Notes: generated by a model from the sequence alone, not told the origin. A stretch of 64,000 nucleotides of DNA from an uncultured Nitrososphaeraceae archaeon (GCA_963825865.1 CAWGVG010000026.1:32001-96000), one strand, 5' to 3'. Numbered from the stretch's first letter, positions 11,625 through 23,407 are shown. Program-made: numbers and translations.

Positions 11625-12754
11625 ATGAGTCTTAGTCTTAAGGTTGAAAAGTTGACAAGGAAGTATGGTAATGTAAAGGCACTTGATAATTTTTCTCTAG
11701 AGGTCAATTCTGGCGAGTTTATGGTGCTGTTAGGTCCTTCCGGGATGTGGAAAGACTACTGTTGTAAGATGTATTGCAGGTTTAGTTAAGCCTACTACTG
11801 GTCAAATATATATCGGGAGATCAATTAGTTAACCAGTTGCCTCCAAAGGATCGTGATGTAGCAATGGTATTCCAGAACTATGCTCTTTATCCGCATATGA
11901 ATGTGTATGATAATATCGCATTTCCATTAAAGATGAGAAAAATTCCAAAGCAGGAAATAAAAGATAAAGTTAGAAATATATCACAACTACTAGAGATAGA
12001 AAACTTTGTTAACAGAAAACCTAAGGAACTTAGCGGAGGTCAAATGCAAAGGGTAGCATTGGGTAGGGCATTGGTGAGAGAACCAAAAATCTTCCTCATG
12101 GACGAACCGCTAAGCAACTTAGATGCAAAGTTACGTACATATATGAGAGCTGAAATTAAAAAGTTGCAAAAGAAGATAGGTATAACTACGCTCTATATTA
12201 CACATGATCAAATAGAAGCGATGAGTATGGCAGACAAGGTTGCAGTGATGAATAGCGGTTTGGTTCAGCAGATTGGGACTGCAGAGGAGATATATAGGAA
12301 GCCTGCAAACACATTTGTAGCTGATTTCGTAGGAAGTCCATCAATGAATTTCCTCAAATGTAATATATTTGAAAACGATTATTGTAATATTATTGTACTT
12401 GATTCAAATGGTGCTCGTTTGCAATTCCCAATTAACAAATTTCCTTTTAAATTGTCTGCTGAGAAAAATATTATAATTGGGATAAGACCAAGAAATATTT
12501 TATTTTTAGATAATGGAGATTTTAATGGTATCAAATTAAAAGGTAAAATATCATTCAATGAGTTATTAGGTGATGATTCTTTAGTAGAAATTAAAATAAG
12601 TTTTGATGATTCGATAAAAGTTGCAAATACTGATCCTAACTTTGATTTTACTGTTGGAAAAGATGTCACAGTTGGAATCCCTTATGACAAGATTCATTTT
12701 TTTGACCCAAAAACTGGGAATAGGTTAGTGTTGGAAAGTACAGGTAATCTTTAG
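11625..12754 (+). CDS. sugar ABC transporter ATP-binding protein (MalK/MsmX-like), two frameshifts
   Basis: Walker A GPSG(CGKT) broken by an extra G near 11742; VFQNYALYPHM, LSGGQMQRVALGRA, DEPLSNLDA, YITHDQ. Confidence 0.92.
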
Positions 12755-13014
12755 AAGGATTTTTTGGCTGATGACAGAAAATAAAAGTTGTTGAGTAATA
12801 AGAGGAATTAGAAACAGCAATTAACGATCTGATAGTCGGCGATCATGACGTTGAAGTCAAGAACCAGGATTATTTATATATAGATATATATATTTAATAA
12901 CATACATAACATTACTGTTAGTTCCTGGGTATCAAAAATTATTTGCAAAGTATAAAACTTCTTTGTGAAATGTCAAGACTGCATTTTTCAATATTCTTTT
13001 CTTCATTATTATCA

Positions 13015-13890
13015 TCACGCTCCCGAAAGTGCAATCATCAAGTCTGTAATAAACCCTGCAAACAATCCCACAAAAATTCCTATCATCAGAACACTGTTAG
13101 TAGTCTGCTTTCTTCCTGAACTGTACATGAGCAGTGAAACATATATCAAAGCTCCTCCAGCAACAGACAGAAATAGTATAGAGGCTATACCAGAAGTCCC
13201 TAGACTACCTATTAAAGTGCCTATGAATGTTGGTCCACCGCCTATTAATCCTAGTAATATTAGGAAACGAACTTTAGGTTTCTTTACAAGTCCTGTGAGT
13301 GGACCAGCTATTCCAAATCCTTCTGTCGCATTATGAGCACCAAATCCAATTATCAGCAACACTGCAAGTGAAATTGCACCTGACACATATGACTGGCCTA
13401 TAGCTAATCCTTCGCTAAAGTTATGCGCACCAATTCCTATTGCAATCATCATAGCAAGTTTGTATGCATTTACTTCTTGCAATAGATGTTGTTGACTTTC
13501 ATGATAATGATCTCCAGATGATGATGCTGTGACAACACCTTCATCTGTTCCAAACATCTTGTGTGATTGGACGGGCCTCTTCATGTATCTGCTTTCATAC
13601 CATGTTAGTCCTAAAAGTCCTATTCCAAGTCCTCCAAACATAGCCAGGAGACTAACAATAGCATTTGATAATGATGATTTACCCGCAATAGCATCATTTG
13701 CAGCTTCTTCAGCTGACTCCCATGCATGACTAAAGACATCAATTATCAAAAATACCAAAATCCCAATTGCAAACGCATTAAGGAATCCTTTTTTCTTTGG
13801 GCTTAACTTCTGGAGTGCAGCTAAAGGTAAACCCAAGAATATAGTAAAGCCTGCTATTGAACCTAATAGCAAAAGTTGCCAGTAATCCAT
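13015..13890 (-). CDS. ZIP family divalent metal transporter
   Basis: HNFSEGLAIG and HNATEGF signature motifs, His-containing loop. Confidence 0.92.
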   Translation of the reverse strand: MDYWQLLLLGSIAGFTIFLGLPLAALQKLSPKKKGFLNAFAIGILVFLIIDVFSHAWESAEEAANDAIAGKSSLSNAIVSLLAMFGGLGIGLLGLTWYESRYMKRPVQSHKMFGTDEGVVTASSSGDHYHESQQHLLQEVNAYKLAMMIAIGIGAHNFSEGLAIGQSYVSGAISLAVLLIIGFGAHNATEGFGIAGPLTGLVKKPKVRFLILLGLIGGGPTFIGTLIGSLGTSGIASILFLSVAGGALIYVSLLMYSSGRKQTTNSVLMIGIFVGLFAGFITDLMIALSGA

Positions 13891-13978
13891 TGGATTTCAC
13901 TCACCTCTTGATACAAGGCCTCTATTTATAACACGGTTCAGATGATTTGGACACTCTGACGCTTGGATAATAATCATA

Positions 13979-14006
13979 TTAGGTTTACCTAATTAGGTTG
14001 GCCTAT
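13979..14006. promoter_or_regulatory. tandem DtxR-type operators TTAGGTTTACCTAA / TTAGGTTGGCCTAT just downstream of the ZIP TATA box (TTTATATA on minus strand, ~14006-14013)
   Basis: Palindromes read directly; match DtxR/IdeR-type consensus TTAGG-N4-CCTAA. Confidence 0.8.
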
Positions 14007-14139
14007 TATATAAACCAATACATAATTCTCTATAATGATAACTGTCAATATACTTTAAGTTCCACGATATCAAAAATTATGTATCATTAATGAGCGATTA
14101 GAGATTTTACGTAGAGAGAATTGAAGATAACAATACATA

Positions 14140-14153
14140 TTAGGTTTACCTAA
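14140..14153. promoter_or_regulatory. DtxR-type operator TTAGGTTTACCTAA
   Basis: Identical to 13979-13992, including the preceding CATA. Confidence 0.75.
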
Positions 14154-14324
14154 CTATTATAACAAAAACACCTCTAGCATCATGAATTGGCATCTGTCAA
14201 CAAAATATCCACCTTACAAACCATGAAGAATTGAAAGAAATTATTCCTACTTGACTCCCATTACTAATTCTGTTTATATTTCAAGTATACTAATTATTTG
14301 TACATAGCACGAGAAAATAATGTT

Positions 14325-14338
14325 TTAGGTTGGCCTAA
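14325..14338. promoter_or_regulatory. DtxR-type operator TTAGGTTGGCCTAA upstream of the regulator gene
   Basis: Perfect TTAGG-N4-CCTAA about 100 bp before the regulator ORF. Confidence 0.75.
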
Positions 14339-14437
14339 TTAGAGGAGAAAAACGTGTTATAGTCTTACGTTTTACTAGAAAGAGAAAAAGTAAATAACTG
14401 ATTACTGTTAACTACTAGCCGTCTAGAGGATATTACT

Positions 14438-14929
14438 GTGTTGGAGAGTATAGGAACGTCGAAGAGTAAACATATACAAAATAAGAATGAAGAAGAAGAA
14501 CAGCTTTACATTGGGACTGCTGAATCAGAACATATAGAAATGTACCTAAAAGCCATATGGTATATTCGTGAAAGGGGCAAAGAAGTCAAAGTGAGCTCCA
14601 TCGCTAACCTTCTCAAGATAAAACAACCCTCTGTAGTACAGATGCTTCACAAGCTAAACGATGCCAATCTATTGGATTACAAGAAAGGCAATATAGTAGA
14701 AATGACAGCAAAAGGCGAAAGAATCGGAAAGCAGATGATTAGAAATACACGATTGCTTGAAGCTTTGATGGAAAATGCATTAAAAATAGAAGTTGATGAA
14801 GAAATGGTTTGTGGAATTGAGCACCATATGAAGAACATATTTACAGATGCTCTATGCACCTTGTTAAAACATCCAAGAAATTGTCCTCATGGTCACCCTA
14901 TCCCGGTAGGGAAATGTTGCAAAAAGTGA
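14438..14929 (+). CDS. DtxR/MntR/IdeR family metal-dependent transcriptional regulator
   Basis: EMYLKAIW, HTH IANLLKIKQPSVVQML, RLLE, IEHH, CPHGHPIP. Confidence 0.92.
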   Translation: MLESIGTSKSKHIQNKNEEEEQLYIGTAESEHIEMYLKAIWYIRERGKEVKVSSIANLLKIKQPSVVQMLHKLNDANLLDYKKGNIVEMTAKGERIGKQMIRNTRLLEALMENALKIEVDEEMVCGIEHHMKNIFTDALCTLLKHPRNCPHGHPIPVGKCCKK

Positions 14930-15405
14930 TATGATAATTTTTGGAGAAAAGAGATCGGGTTGCTTAATGTACATAACAGAAATAACGGGATGACAGCAAC
15001 AGTAATAGTTTCAGCAGCTTCCGCGATTGCTATCATAAAACTTAATTAGACTTGGAAATATTCTTCTTTTCCTTTAGTTTTTACGAGTACAAGTTCATTA
15101 TTGGCTTAACTTAGAAAACATAGCATACAACAACTTGGAAAAAGAACAATATACATGCTCTTTTAGAAATGCCTATCAAAAGATTGTTTACTAATTATAA
15201 CCCTATTACCCCTAAGAAATACTACAGGGGCTCAGATTTTACCACTTGCTAGTATGCTAAAGTAGCCGTGAAATACCCTATGCATACACTGTCTGTTTTG
15301 TGTAATCAAGGAACTAAAACTAGACAAATAATGCAAAAAATATACAAAAGCAGAAGCATGGCTTGCACCATACCTATATCAATCGACAACTATAACACTT
15401 CTATT

Positions 15406-15837
15406 ATGACGCCAAAAATATTAGAAATCAAAACAGTCTTTAAAGGGCTACAGACACTATATGACATACATCTTCCAAAAGCAGATCCTGCCCTAGTTCA
15501 TGATTTACTTATACGAGAGGAAGAAAAATCCATACCTGCACCATTTTATATGGTTGAAATATTTACAAAAGAAGGGACAGATTCTGAATTAATGAGGAAT
15601 TGGATAATTGAAAAGACACAGATGGTACCTGCCATATATGATAAAGGTACCCATTATGTAACTAATCAGAGACTAACATTAGAGATGGTAAAGGAGATAT
15701 CTGATGATGAGAATGTTTTAGAAGTTACTGGAGAATATACTGGCGGCATTGGAGGCTGGGGCGCCTCACACGAACACAGAGAACACAGACATATAGTACA
15801 TAATCCACTAACATCAGCAACAACACTAACCATGTGA
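15406..15837 (+). CDS. hypothetical protein
   Basis: Long ORF; likely start at MTPKILEIK; His-rich C-terminus. Confidence 0.6.
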   Translation: MTPKILEIKTVFKGLQTLYDIHLPKADPALVHDLLIREEEKSIPAPFYMVEIFTKEGTDSELMRNWIIEKTQMVPAIYDKGTHYVTNQRLTLEMVKEISDDENVLEVTGEYTGGIGGWGASHEHREHRHIVHNPLTSATTLTM

Positions 15838-16273
15838 GCTTGAGAAATAAAGCTCAATTAATAAAAATATAAAAGAAGAATAGGGAAAGATATATATCAA
15901 AGCCTGCAATTCTATCTAAAAAAATAACCCGACCGAGAATAAATTTAACTTTTCGAACGATAGTGTACTAAGGCATAATTTTAACTGGAATGCATTCGAT
16001 GACGTAAGACACCAAAGTCTGTCTAAGGCATGACAGGTCCCTCTTGACGGTGCAACCTGATACCTTCAGGATCTGCTATTTCTCTCTGCGACAATAGCAA
16101 GAACAACACCACTACTAGAAGCAGGTGATCAAGGATCCAATTCCAATGGTGACGGCCTAAAATAGAACATATACACCACAGATAACATCAAGTAATCAAC
16201 CAAAAAAACCAACAACAACTGACATTGAATTGAAACATTTTATAAAACAGCCAGTAATATATAGCAGTAAAAG

Positions 16274-16456
16274 ATGAAAAAAATATTAGCGTGTTCTGAC
16301 GTTGGGTTAAACTGTGGATACATAATAGAAGGCAAGACAGATGAAGAGGTTATGGAAAATGCTGTAAAGCATGTATGGGAACTACATGCTATAAAACCAC
16401 AAGAGATGACTTCGGAAATGAAAGTTAAAATTAGAGAAAATATTAGAAGTTCGTAA
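16274..16456 (+). CDS. DUF1059 small metal-binding protein
   Basis: C-x-D-x-G-x-x-C-x-Y...G-x-T-x-E-E-V...H-x4-H pattern; TTTTATAAA TATA upstream. Confidence 0.85.
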   Translation: MKKILACSDVGLNCGYIIEGKTDEEVMENAVKHVWELHAIKPQEMTSEMKVKIRENIRSS

Positions 16457-16819
16457 AGATAATACGGTTTCATTAGGTGATTATCCATTGTGGCAATTAT
16501 GCCTTAGATAGTGCGATAAAGATCATATTCTAAGGTACAATATAGAAAAGAGAGACAAATGAAACCTATAGTTTTATCTTATTTACTTTCTTATTAGTCA
16601 ATTTTTCAAATCCAATATACAAACCCTTCCATCCTTCTTCTATTAGGTCAACTCAAATTTGGAGCATGCATGATGTGGTCTATGATTCCACTCCATTCCC
16701 TGACTCCTTTACCCGTACATCCATCTTTCCGCGTATTTTTTCTTAACCACAAAAGAAAACGTAATTATCAATGCGAGCATCTTTGTCAAAATTTATAATA
16801 TTCTTTTCCTGCCAAAGAA

Positions 16820-17190
16820 GTACCGCCTATATCTTTCAAGTACTTCATTTTGATTAATTTCTTGAGTTTGCTGGCGGAATAACCATAAAGATTAATCCTC
16901 CTACCCTTGATACGGCAAAGTCTGATCCGATAGAAATAGCAAAAGTGGAGCCAGGTTTATCAGGCTTATATTGCTGTAACTTTTTTTCGTCTCTCCTCCT
17001 CTCATTATAGCATAGATATTTTGTGCCGCAACTCTCCCATGTTGTTCAGCAAAGTATGCATTTGTTGGTAGGGGATGACCTTTATCGTCAAGTATTAGAG
17101 CGGAATCTCCAAGCACAAAAACACTATCCTCTTGTCTTTCTGCCTGCAGATATTTATTGACAATAACTCTTCCTTTTTCAGGGAACCATC
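16820..17190 (-). pseudogene. C-terminal fragment of NDH-2/SQR-like FAD oxidoreductase
   Basis: KGRVIVNKYLQ...VFVLGDSA...PTNAYFAEQHGRVAAQNI; N-terminal FAD-binding domain absent; boundaries approximate. Confidence 0.7.
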
Positions 17191-17509
17191 GGAAATAGAT
17201 AGTAGAGAAGAAAAGGTTTTTGATTGAATGAATCCTTTTAGCTGAATAGTATCACATCCTTGGGTTTTGCAATATACTGTTCACAATTTACCTAACAATA
17301 TTAACACTTACTTATTTTTCAAGTCGGCGAAGCTAATCGAAACTCATCAAAAGGTATTGAATCCTTATCATTTTAAAGCCAACTACCGATTTGGTGTTGT
17401 GTTATAATTGTAGTTGAAGAATAATTTCAGGAGAAAAATATAGGCAATAGAAAAGACCTGATTGTAGCTCTCGACGACCCTATAGGGATCAGAAGGAAGA
17501 CAAATTCCA

Positions 17510-19437
17510 TTAATCAGTATATAATGCTTTTTGCTCGATATCTTTAGGGATCACAGGAAGACTGAATCCAAATGTAGATCCTATTCCATCATTATTGTTT
17601 TCTGCCCATATCGCACCTCCATGAGCTTCAATTATTTTTCGTGATAAATATAATCCCAAGCCAGTACCCTTTTCTGATTTGCTTGCAAATTTCTGAAATA
17701 ACCTCTCTTTAATTGACTTGTCAATGCCCTTACCAGTGTCTATAACTCTTACTATGATAATGTTTTGGCTATCAATTAAAGAGATACATACTGAAACTAT
17801 GATTTTTCCTTTTTCCGTAAATCGCATTGCATTATCCAAAAGATTGAATAAAACTTGGTTAATTTTATCAGGATCACATTGCACAGATATAGTCAATGAT
17901 GATGACGATTTTGCACTATGGTCATCCTGTTTTAGATCAAATAATATCGGAATTTTTTTTCCAAAAACCTCATATTTTCTCGATATGTCATCTATTACAT
18001 TCAAAATCAAAGAATAAAGATCAGTTTCCTTGACATAGAGTCTAAAGTTACCGCTTTCAATAGAACTTACTTCCAAAACGTCATTAGATAGCTTAAGTAG
18101 TCTTTCCGCATTACGAGTAACCATCGAGATCTCTTCTTTTACCTCATTTCTCCTTGCTCCTCAGCTTATCTTGTAACAATTCTATTCCACCCATTATTGG
18201 CATGATAGGAGTTCTCAATTCATGAGCAGCTATATTGACAAACTCTTTTTGCAATGTACTATGAACTTTGAGCTGTTCATTAACTTCTCCAAGCTGCTTA
18301 TTTGATTCTGATAGCGATTGATTTGCGCTTTTTAATTCAGCTGTCCTTGTATTGACAGTATTTTGTAATTTATTATTCCATGAGAGAAATAAGATTGCAA
18401 TTCCTATGGATACTATTCCTATTATCAATAAGGAAATTATATTAAAATCCTTTTGTTCATTTATCATAACACTTATCTTTGCATCAAGCCCATGTGGAGC
18501 TAGAATATACAATGACAAGAAATACCTGTCGTTAAGCAATACAGGTTGATAGGCTATTGTATTTATTTTACCTCTGATAGCGATATCCGCTGATCCTTTA
18601 TTGCCACTCAGCGCATCCTTCAAAAGATTGTTAAATGTATTCCTTCCTTCAGGGGAAAAGAATTCAGTTTGGTATTCCTCACTAAATGCATTTTTATTTG
18701 TGAGGGAATGCGAATCGCTATAAAGTACTATGCCGTTTTTATCCGTGAGAGATATGGTGCCTTGGAATTCTTCCGAGGCTAGTTCGTTTTGCAATAAGTT
18801 TCCTAGTCTATCAAGTCCAATAGATGTAAATACTAGTCCTTTAATTGGTCGTGTATCATTATTATTACTGTCACTGCCGTTTGGGCTATTTGTTATCGGA
18901 TAGCCAATATACAGTTTGGGAATACCATCTAATTCATATTCATGTATAATGCTTGCTGTAGTATGTATTATTTGTAGCAGTAGGTGCAACTTTTGATACG
19001 TCAAAGTACTGCTTTAGCTGAGTCAGTAACCCTTTGAGGTTCTGATATTTTAGTGGCTCGTAATCTCTATTATTTACAAAGATTTTTCCATTGAGGTCAG
19101 TTATCCCGTAGTCGTATGTAAGTTCATTTGTATTATCTTGTGATACTTTTAGAAGTTGTTTTGCTTTTTCATATTCGCCATTTTGTAATGATGGAGATGT
19201 AGCAATTAACTCTAAATTATTCAGAATATCATTTAACTTGAAGTTTAAGGAATGTGCAATATTATGAGACTCTATTATTGCTTTTGATCTCACATGTTGT
19301 GAAGAGACTTCAGCAATTTCGTTAGAAGTAGTAATAGAATATACATATGAAATAATAGACAGCATTATTGCAACTGCTGCAATCGAAATTAATGGAAGAA
19401 TTCTTTCTTTTGTAGTGAATATATTAAAGAAAGTCAA
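17510..19437 (-). CDS. membrane sensor histidine kinase with extracellular Cache-like domain (split by two frameshifts)
   Basis: Three consecutive ORFs: TM-sensor-TM, H-box AAHELRTP, N-box NLLDNA, G boxes DTGKG and GTGLGL. Confidence 0.88.
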
Positions 19438-20089
19438 TAATTGTTTTTTGTTAAAACTATAAATAATTAAGTATTGTTAAGGAAGGTCATTGAATAATTA
19501 CTCAAAATACTTGCACTATGATTTAGGACTCATACAACGTTCGCTAGATCTTTTAAAATAAATTATTGATATATATCTTATAGACAGATATTTCAGAATT
19601 TAATTCAGTTTCTGATAGACACGTCGAATATTCGTGAAAATCATCAGGAAATTATTTGTTGTCATGCATAAGGCGTGTTTTAGTTTTTATGCACTATTCT
19701 ATTGATATTATTGGTTTACCTTACCATAGCTAGACTGTCCTACAATACGACAGCAGACAAGACTCGTTACCTTGTAGAGGCCGGAGCTCTGAAAGCAACA
19801 AGTCATCTCTGCTTTTTTTAAATTGCACGTAATAAGTAGGCAGCATACTTATTATAGAAATATTTGATCAACATCTGCCTCTCTTAGCTGTATTAGAAGC
19901 GTCATAAGATAAGAACAGGTGTCAAGCAATCTCATCAATACAGAGAATGGTCGATATGTTGCACTTTCAGTAAGATTAGCCTTAGTATTCTAGAAGAGAT
20001 CAGCATTAAAATAAAATAGGGATTAATGACCCATAGCGCATAGTGACAGAAGATTATGTTAAATTCAATACATACAGATGCAGTGGCAA

Positions 20090-20331
20090 AAGCTAAGGTG
20101 GGATAGATAACAGTGGTATTATTGTTGTTTCGTTTTTTATTGATTTTGGAAGACCGCAAACCTCTGACTCAGTTAAATTGACAAACTCGAGTTTTGGGTT
20201 AGTAGGATTGCATACTGATCTGGTGATATGGTAGTACTAGTTCCAGGCTAACTATGTGGTGATAGTGATAGCGGAGCAGAAGGTGTTTGTTTTTCCTCCT
20301 GGGCTTGGGTTATACTCAAAACGCGACCCAT
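20090..20331 (-). pseudogene. second decayed copy of the CNPTNPKLEFVNLTESEVCGLPKS secreted protein
   Basis: Nucleotide and peptide similarity to 1165-1243; boundaries approximate. Confidence 0.55.
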
Positions 20332-20380
20332 ATTTATATCCAAAATTATATTTACTGTAAATCATCTAACATGATAGATA

Positions 20381-20404
20381 CCAAGCATGTCAGGACATGC
20401 TTGG
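20381..20404. promoter_or_regulatory. perfect 11-bp inverted repeat CCAAGCATGTC-AG-GACATGCTTGG
   Basis: Read directly; intergenic between divergent genes. Confidence 0.45.
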
Positions 20405-20675
20405 ACAATAATCATAGTAAAACATAATTAGTTAGGCAGGGCCCTAATTCGCTGTAGAAAAAGATAGATTAATACATATCTAGGATACAATTGTAATGCA
20501 GGAGCGCCTTAATAATAATTGGATCTATTTTTGAGAATTAGCAAGTTTAATAACAATTGTGAGTTTAATTTTATTATTATAGTTGCTTTTCTTTTTACTT
20601 TATCGTTATATACTGCTGCCGCTCTAAATACAACAAAGGCTCCATTCTCTATCCATAAACAGGAAACGAGAAATC

Positions 20676-21950
20676 GTGAAAATTAAGGAAATCGTCACAT
20701 TAGCTTCTGATGCACTTAAAGAGAGAAAGGCAAGATCTGCTTTAACAATAATGATGGTAGTAGTAGGAAGTAGTTTGATGGTAGCACTCAATGGTATTAG
20801 CGCAGGTCAAAGCAACTTTATTCAACATCAATTAAATACATTGGCACCTAACGTACTCTTTGTCAGTTCAGGTCAAAGGTCGTTTCGTGGCGGAGGAGGT
20901 GGACCTGCTCCATTAGCATCGATTACTATAAATGCAGCAGTAGTAACTAGAATGAGTTCGCTTCCATTTGTTCAACAAGTCGTACCTTCATATCAAGGCC
21001 AAGCCTCTCTCGAGTCACAAGGAAATTTTGTGAATTCACAAATAAGTGCAATGGATCCACAGAAAGTTTACTTAATTACCCCAAACCTTCAACTAACAGA
21101 TGGTTCTGTTATAAAATCAAATGACCCTTCTGCGATGCTAGTCGGTGACAGTATCGCTAACCCTCCAGGTATGACTACTCGATTCCTAAGTCTTGGTCAG
21201 ATTGTAAAGGTAACATCTTCATACATAGATCCTAATACATCAGAGCCAAAAACACAATCCAAAAGTTTCATAGTAAAGGGTATTATGCAACCTACGGGAA
21301 ACAATCGGTTAGACAATACCGTTCTAATTGATAGAAATACTGGTAACACTTTATTTCATAAATCAGGTAAATATGATAATTTGGTTGTATTGGCTCAGTC
21401 ACCCGATTATGTTGGTTTAGTACAACAGGAAATTACAAGCTTGTACGGAAGCACGATAGGCATCATCACACCCAAGGCTATTCTACAATCGAGACAGCAA
21501 TTTGTAAGTGGAAATAACGCATTTATTCAAAGTGTTGCATTTATTGCATTACTTGTTGGTGCTATCGGAATTATAACCACTCTTTACACGTCAGTTAATG
21601 AAAGGGTACATGAAATTGGAACTATGAAAGCTATTGGTGCACAGAAAACTTTCATTCTTTCTCTTTTTTTGATGGAAGCTGTAATCATTGGTATTTTCGG
21701 ATCAACGTTAGGGGTAATAACAGGAATTGGTGGAGCTTTTATTATGTCTGATTTTACTGGAGGAGTACCAATCTGGGGGTGGCGGTGGTGGTGGTGGCAG
21801 TGCTCGCTGAGCCGCCATATCACTCCTGCGTTTCAGGCATCAGACCTGTTTACCGTCTGGATGCTTTCATTTATTATCAGTTTAATAGCTGGTTTGTATC
21901 CTGCATGGAAGGCATCACGATTGTCACCTATACTAGCGCTGAGAAGATAA
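20676..21950 (+). CDS. MacB/FtsX-family ABC transporter permease
   Basis: RKARSALT, large extracellular domain, SVNERVHEIGTMKAIGA, YPAWKASRLSPILALR; no ATPase gene adjacent. Confidence 0.9.
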   Translation: MKIKEIVTLASDALKERKARSALTIMMVVVGSSLMVALNGISAGQSNFIQHQLNTLAPNVLFVSSGQRSFRGGGGGPAPLASITINAAVVTRMSSLPFVQQVVPSYQGQASLESQGNFVNSQISAMDPQKVYLITPNLQLTDGSVIKSNDPSAMLVGDSIANPPGMTTRFLSLGQIVKVTSSYIDPNTSEPKTQSKSFIVKGIMQPTGNNRLDNTVLIDRNTGNTLFHKSGKYDNLVVLAQSPDYVGLVQQEITSLYGSTIGIITPKAILQSRQQFVSGNNAFIQSVAFIALLVGAIGIITTLYTSVNERVHEIGTMKAIGAQKTFILSLFLMEAVIIGIFGSTLGVITGIGGAFIMSDFTGGVPIWGWRWWWWQCSLSRHITPAFQASDLFTVWMLSFIISLIAGLYPAWKASRLSPILALRR

Positions 21951-22603
21951 TAATCAAGATAGAACTGAATGATATATCGTCAGTGGAAAGAAGATCACAT
22001 CAACGCTGAATCTGGCTCTACCATAGATGTATACACGGAGAAAGCCCGGTCCAGAGCAGCTAACACATGTGTGTGAAAATACGCTAAGAGATTATCTTAA
22101 AAATAACGAACTGGCAATACAATACCACCACTATTTTTTTAGCTTCTTTGAACACTTGATATAGGTTTTCAATGACTCTGTCATAATTGATAGTAACTAT
22201 GTGAGCAAATAATAGAGGATGTGTTGCGTTGCCAGAGATCTAGTAATGACGTTCCCAATTGTCTTTCTGATTTCGCTTAAATCTTCTGTGCTGATTCGTT
22301 GTAAAGCTAATTTTCTTGTATCTGCAAAAGTGCTTAAATAAATCGCAAATGGACCTACATCCTTTAGTGCATCCTTGTAGTCTATGTTGCGTTTAATATT
22401 GAAAGAATGACCTCTAGATCTATTTCACTTTCATTAAAAAATTGATAGTTCTGATATGCCAGATTCATTTATTTACGCCTATCACAAAACGCATAAAGAT
22501 AAGTTCATCCCATTAAAAATGAATAACAAAAACTGGACTTGCATTATCTTTCAAGCGCAGAAATTGAACGCCATTAGAAGATAAGCACGGTTAGATTGAA
22601 CAT

Positions 22604-22760
22604 TTGGGCTTGCAAATTGAACATAAACAAGAAAGAGACAGAATTGATTGGCACAGAAGTAAAGTCCAGGAGCTAAGCAGCCAGAGACAAATAGCACAGA
22701 TATTACAGGTATCTAATGGTACCGTTAACAGACACTTGTCGTACCCTAGAGAGGCTTTGG
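22604..22760 (+). pseudogene. HTH protein N-terminal fragment (mobile-element/provirus type)
   Basis: IDWHRSKVQELSSQ/RQIAQILQVSNGTVNRHLSY helix-turn-helix, truncated. Confidence 0.55.
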
Positions 22761-23020
22761 TGTCTTGTGTCATCCAATGCATTCCAGTTAAAATTACGCC
22801 TTAGCATACTATCGTTCGAAAAGTTAAATTTATTCTCAGTCGGGTTATTTTTTTAGACTTGGGTAAGCTATGTAGCCAATTCGTTTGTGTAGCATCTTTT
22901 ATAATAAGCAAACTGCCATGTTCAAGTACAAGTGATATCATTTGTTTAGTTTGCTGCCCAAATTTTCATCTGACCTATGTATCCGTCATTTCATTTTGTT
23001 TCAATAACCCCGTTGTACAT

Positions 23021-23407
23021 TTATTGTTTGTTCTTCGCTATGGCTTTATAAGCTTCAATAAGCTCAGGATCGACAATTCCTTGTACTACAATAGATTCAC
23101 CTTTTGAGAGCTTGATATCCATTGCAACAGCACTATATGGAATATTGAATAATTCGACCTTCTCACGTTCGGAGGCTTCATAATACTTTACACATATCCC
23201 ATCCTTGCAAGAGAAGCCTACAACACGATCAATTCTTCTGCTACCAGAACCTCCTGCTCTTCCACCAGCAGAACCTTGAGATTCCTCAACCATTAAAATA
23301 AAGATATCGTTTCTCATATTAGTATCAAGATCAATATCATTCTCCGCTACTATGAGTTTTCTCTGTGGTGATTGCAATACCAAATCAATAGTTTCTTTTA
23401 AATCCAA
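23021..23407 (-). CDS. hypothetical protein
   Basis: 128-aa ORF with GSAGGRAGGSG motif; TTTAAA TATA upstream. Confidence 0.65.
   Translation of the reverse strand: MDLKETIDLVLQSPQRKLIVAENDIDLDTNMRNDIFILMVEESQGSAGGRAGGSGSRRIDRVVGFSCKDGICVKYYEASEREKVELFNIPYSAVAMDIKLSKGESIVVQGIVDPELIEAYKAIAKNKQ

Noticed and set aside
11735-11825. Programmed ribosomal frameshifting in malK (also cdc48, tfb)
   Set aside because: No consistent slippery heptamer, and the indels are scattered across unrelated gene families; sequencing error or mutation is more parsimonious.
21775-21815. Trp-rich motif GWRWWWWQC in the ABC permease
   Set aside because: It is a (GGT)n poly-Gly linker read out of frame between compensating indels.
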